Shown here: piece by piece, positions 34,774 to 39,028 of the stretch | Layout of the letters: each line of letters opens with the position of its first letter | Numbering within the stretch: the first letter of the stretch is position 1 | Assembly (NCBI GenBank): GCA_009602725.1 | Contig: WELB01000015.1 | Location: 48,985-88,012 of the forward strand | Length of the DNA: 39,028 nucleotides | Direction of reading: 5' to 3' | From: Spirogloea muscicola | Taxonomy: Eukaryota | The notes under the pieces: generated by a model | What the model was told of the DNA's origin: nothing | Databases searched by the model: none | What the model saw: only the letters and a program-made list of their open reading frames with translations | Translations under genes and position numbers: made by a program

Positions 34774-36015
34774 TTGCCTGTGATCTTGAAAGTGCAGAAG
34801 CTGCTTGACAATGTAGATAGCTTATTTAGTTGCAGGGACGGCACTGTGGATGAGGGGCAGAACTAAGTGGCGCAGATACGCAGCTTTGTCAGATGGATGA
34901 AGGCGGCTTAAAGACCACTCTCATAGGCAGTTCCATATATGTACAGTACTGAAATGAGGATTCTGGAAATCTGAATATCTAGATGGAAATCGAGAATTTG
35001 TGGCTGTTATTATCATGCAGCCAAACAATCGAGGTTGCAGTGACTAGTTGTGGGTGTTGGTCCCTATGAAACAAGTATGTGAAGTCAGCTGATACTTCAC
35101 CCAGGCGCAACGGTCATGAGGTAGGACACGCTTATAGCCTCTATCGGGGAGCCTGGCTGTTAAGAGTTAATTAAGTTGACAGAGGAAGAGTTGAATGGTA
35201 ACAGCTGGCTATGTCCCAAAGTTGACGGTGTTGATGACGACACTGAACGCAGTGTGCAATGACATACTATGTAATACGAGCATGCAGGCTGCCGAAATGG
35301 TTGTGTGTCTGGCACAAAAACCCTTCATACATGGCAAAATACAGGTCCAGGCACAAAGGGGAGACCTGACATCTAGCATGGTCTGCACCTGTGGGATGGA
35401 GGTCTTTCTATTGCTTCTTAGCCTCCAAGTGCTGCCTTGCAAGGTATACATGAATAAACGAATGAGCCAGAGGAGACGGCCCTTGGTTCTCGATACAGGA
35501 GGCTTGTGTGCTCCTCTTTCTACAGGATCTAAATATTAGAGATTGTTCATTGTTTGTGGTAAAGCTCAAGTCGCCCTTCGTGCTTGTGCCCTCAAGTAGT
35601 CTCTTCACAATCAGAGGACCTGGTCACTTAATACACTTCGACAGAACAGGCATAGTGCTCCAATGGACCCTTAAAGATGGAAGAGGCTGCTATGTGATGT
35701 TGTCATCTGTGGGCATCGTAGAGGAGCAGAAATTAGTCGCTCTCACTTTTAAAGAGCCCTGTGTGCTCTTATCCGGAAAGCCCTTTCATGGTAAAAAGGA
35801 GGGGCCTACAGTTTTTGAGGTGCCTAGGGTCTTTTCAAGTCTAAGAGTGCAGTCTGAGGAAGCACTAACAGCAGCACCAAGTTCTGCAGCACCAAGGGCA
35901 ACTTCTTCTGTAGTGATTTATGGCACGAGTTGCCTACACAAGGACACCCCTACAGAGCCCTGCAGCTACATTGCACCTCAGTGCTGAGGCTGAGAGTTGT
36001 GAAGCACAAAAGTAG

Positions 36016-38718
36016 CTACATACCTTCGTTCCGTATGGATGTTAGGCTTCCCACACTAGGAAGATCCACTCTCCCATCTGTTAGTTGGATGCCTGCAGAG
36101 GTGATCACATAAGGAAACCCCATCACAGCTGTCATGGGTGACTTGGCTACTTTCAGCAAGCGTCCACCTGCAGTGGAACAAAGCGAGTGAGCAGAAGAGA
36201 GTGATCAGCACAGAATGAGCATGCTGCGATTTACTGGTTTGGACTATCGATAGTGATACGTTGCACGTCAGCGGAGAAGCCCTGCAGAGAGGACATCTCA
36301 CCTCCCACCCTCTCCAACACAAGCCGTACATTGACACAGTGCGCCCATTTGGTCCCTAGTGCCGCTGTCAGTAGTTCTTCGCCACCTGGAGCAGGCTGTT
36401 CTTGAATGCTCTCCTTCTCTGCAATATCAATACCTTCTATAATGAGAGGCACACAGATCTTTCATTCTGCACAAAGCAATGATGTGACTGCATCAAATAG
36501 TTGACTGAGCAGTATCATGAGAGTGACGTAGTATCTCAATTTGAGCTGTCTCAGAAATGGTAGATGGTGCGCGACTGCTCCTTACCAAATGAGAAGTTTG
36601 GATCTCTACTGGAGTTTCTCATCTGGGCGACCACCTGATTAGTCACAACCACAGGGATGCGGAAGTGCTCTGCCAAGAACCTGCAGCAATTGCTTTGCTT
36701 CAGCAAGACCAGAAATTGCTGACGACCTGTCACGGGATTGCTATGTGAGAAAGTGTGCATGACGTGAAAACTACATACTTGAGGAGAGCTGCTTGCTGGC
36801 CAAGTAGCTCCTGCCGTTGAATGACTTGTTCCTTGCCGGAATGACTGTCATGGTACGACAGAGTTAGGCGCGGCTTTCAGACGTGGAATCCTTTCCCTGT
36901 CACAGTCCTTGAGGAGCTGCTGTATGCCAAGCACCTGAGAGAATGTCAGCATTTCTTGAGTTCAAGTTATCCAGTTGAAGGTACTGCTATGTCCTTCAAC
37001 AGGCTCCATACTTGCCATTGGCATTTTTTGCTATAGTCTGACATTCGTGAACATAGTCACTGCTTTGAGATTGTCAAAGGGCAGGACCTCTGTCAGAAGA
37101 ACACAGCACTCTGAGCATGCACCTGCGCATCAGAGATGCGATTCCGTCCAATATGAGCAGACGCACGCGGTACTCAATGATTGCCTCCTCAAGCCCCTTC
37201 AATCTGCAACAAGGAAGCATTACTTCAATCTACTGGAAACTTGTGGCAGCTGTAATTGTTGCCAAGGACGGGACATTTATTACAGAAAGATGTTGCAGAT
37301 CGTGGCACAGCAAGGAAAACACCTGGCAAAGTTGCCAGCCCCTCTTTCTCTATGGGCGAGCCTTCTTCTTCTGGCAAAGTGTCCAACATGCAGGATGAAG
37401 CTGGAGGAATATCTCACCTGCTTACTAGCTCAACTGCAGAGTCTGGGCATATCACAAGCACCTGCATGGTCAACTGCACCATAGACCGCGACATGTATGC
37501 AGTAAGACATAGACTCGCCTGCCAGTTGCTTAGCTGCAAGAATAAGCTGCCTTCTGAAGCAGGGGCATTGGGAGGAATGCTAATCCAGCTGCATACATGC
37601 TTAACTGACTGGCTGTCCTTGAAGTGCTCTGGGAACCTGGTTTGTGCAATTTCCACGAGTCTGCACTTGTCCGCTTCAGAGAAGCATCAGAAGCCGATAG
37701 CACTTACAACTGAACTCCATTAAACTGAGAATGATTCACTTTGATTTCTGTCTTCTTGAGTTTCGTATTTGTGTCTTAGAAAGGAGAAGCCCTACCTTGA
37801 GCAGATTGGCATTTACCTTTGAGAGCTAAATTTCTTTTCTGTATCAATGTAGAAGACTGAGCCCGAAAGGCCACCCAATGCCTTGGGCAGCGTCGCAATG
37901 ATTGCGAGCATCAGGCAGAACTGAGGCATGCAGAGACGGGACAAGCCAGGACAACATACAATCTAGTTAAGCATCTCATGTTTAAACAGGTGAGTGGAGG
38001 TTAAGCTCAAGCCAACCAGGCAAAATTCCCTTCACCTGTTTGAGGTTGCAGAAACATTTATGAGGTAAATTGCTCTTGTATGCAGCTCTAATCAAGTGTC
38101 TCAACATGCTGTAGATACTTCTCCTGTGCCAGTCTGCCAGCAGACCTGAGTTTTACCGACTCCAGCGGGCCCGACGAGCTCCGTGACAGCGCCAAGCGGA
38201 ATGCCGCCACCTAGTGCTGAGTCCAGTTCTTCCAGACTGCTCTTCAAGGGTGCAGCTTGCTCTCTGGCTGCTTGGGAGTTCATCAGCTCCAGCACCTGAC
38301 AGTATGATATCTTAGATCAGATTCTTCCTCGAGCTGTGAATGCTGGACAGTGCTAGTTCAACTGCAAGAGTAAGAAGGCACACAAGTCAAATTCAGGGGA
38401 GGCAATTGTTGCTTGACAAGTGGAGCTTACAGTACGGCAAGGGGGGCAGACGCTCCTGCTCACATCACCAATGGCACGGTCCAGCACCTCGGGCACGACA
38501 TCCAGAAGCTCCATGAGGTCAAGCTCTGTCTTGCCGAGCACGTCCTGCACGGCCAAGACCATCTGGATCGATCTAATCAGCTGGACTCGCTTGTAGCCGG
38601 TCCTCGCTGGCTGCGCAGCGAGAAGGTTGTGGACCTTGGCGGTCAACAGGCTCCTGGCCGCCATCCTGCTGGCCATGGCCGGATCCAAGCCCATGCGTGA
38701 CACTTTGCGCGACCCCAT
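36016..38718 (-). CDS. RAD51B: DNA repair protein RAD51 paralog B (~11 exons; 3' end may include one more exon below 36016)
   Basis: MGSRKVSRMGL...LLTAK|DVLGKTELDLMELLDV..CPPCRT|..LDSALGGGIPLGAVTELVGPAGVGKTQ (Walker A)|FCLMLA..GGLSGSVFYIDTEKKFSSQR|..RLLILDGIASL (Walker B)|..LAEHFRIPVVVTNQV|..AALGTKWAHCVNVRLVLE|..LLKVAKSPM..FPYVITSAGI. Confidence 0.93.
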
Positions 38719-38819
38719 GCCGGCGGGCAGTGGTGTGGCGCCCGGCACGGCGGCGCGGAGGCCGCCGGATGGCACCGCTGCCTCGAGCTGAGGACAGCAT
38801 TAGCTGCGGCAAAGGACCG

Positions 38820-39028
38820 AGGGAGGTATAAGGAGATGGAAGAGACGGCCGAACTGAAGAACGGAAGAAAGGCGGGAGGAAATGGAGGGAGACGGGAGTG
38901 ACGAGCGGATGGAGGGGGTGGGGTGAGATACGAGGCAGGAGGCTTCGATGCCCGTGGATGGGGCGGGAGGAAAATGGTGGGGAAGGGGGGGTGGGAGAGC
39001 GGGAGAAGGGGGAGGGGTAGGGGGGGGG
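38820..39028 (+). repeat. G/A-rich low-complexity purine tract upstream of RAD51B with multiple G-runs
   Basis: Strongly purine-rich, with runs of G3-G8 in 38979-39028. Confidence 0.6.

Noticed and set aside
35508..35987. 159-aa plus-strand ORF downstream of TMCO1
   Set aside because: No recognisable motif or true ATG start; lies antisense to the probable RAD51B 3' region.

Overview
Eukaryotic, intron-rich nuclear DNA with plant-type genes. It is most consistent with a streptophyte (probably charophyte/zygnematophyte-like) green alga, which is an inference from protein similarity, GCC-rich 5' ends and TTTAGGG motifs. Genes in order: ASF1 (+), a YODA/MAPKKK3-5-type kinase (-), an 8-exon N-terminal fragment of a PDR/ABCG transporter (-), NOT1/CNOT1 (+, ~15 kb), a class I SAM methyltransferase with a probable signal/anchor peptide (+), PDI with KDEL (-), AP-4 sigma (+), TMCO1 (+) and RAD51B (-). 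The main anomalies are: (1) the intact-looking PDR fragment stops just after the ABC signature and abuts the kinase's first exon, a candidate ABC-kinase chimera or misjoin; (2) NOT1 appears to lack its first ~220 residues and has a +1 frameshift that a nearby alternative acceptor could bypass; (3) AP-4 sigma has an in-frame TAG at a conserved Gln; (4) the methyltransferase looks bacterial-type yet has introns and a secretory leader. Two single-N gaps (30773, 33970) with clearly artefactual flanks show the assembly is imperfect, so every lesion needs read-level confirmation. Homology calls are from recalled protein motifs, not database searches.
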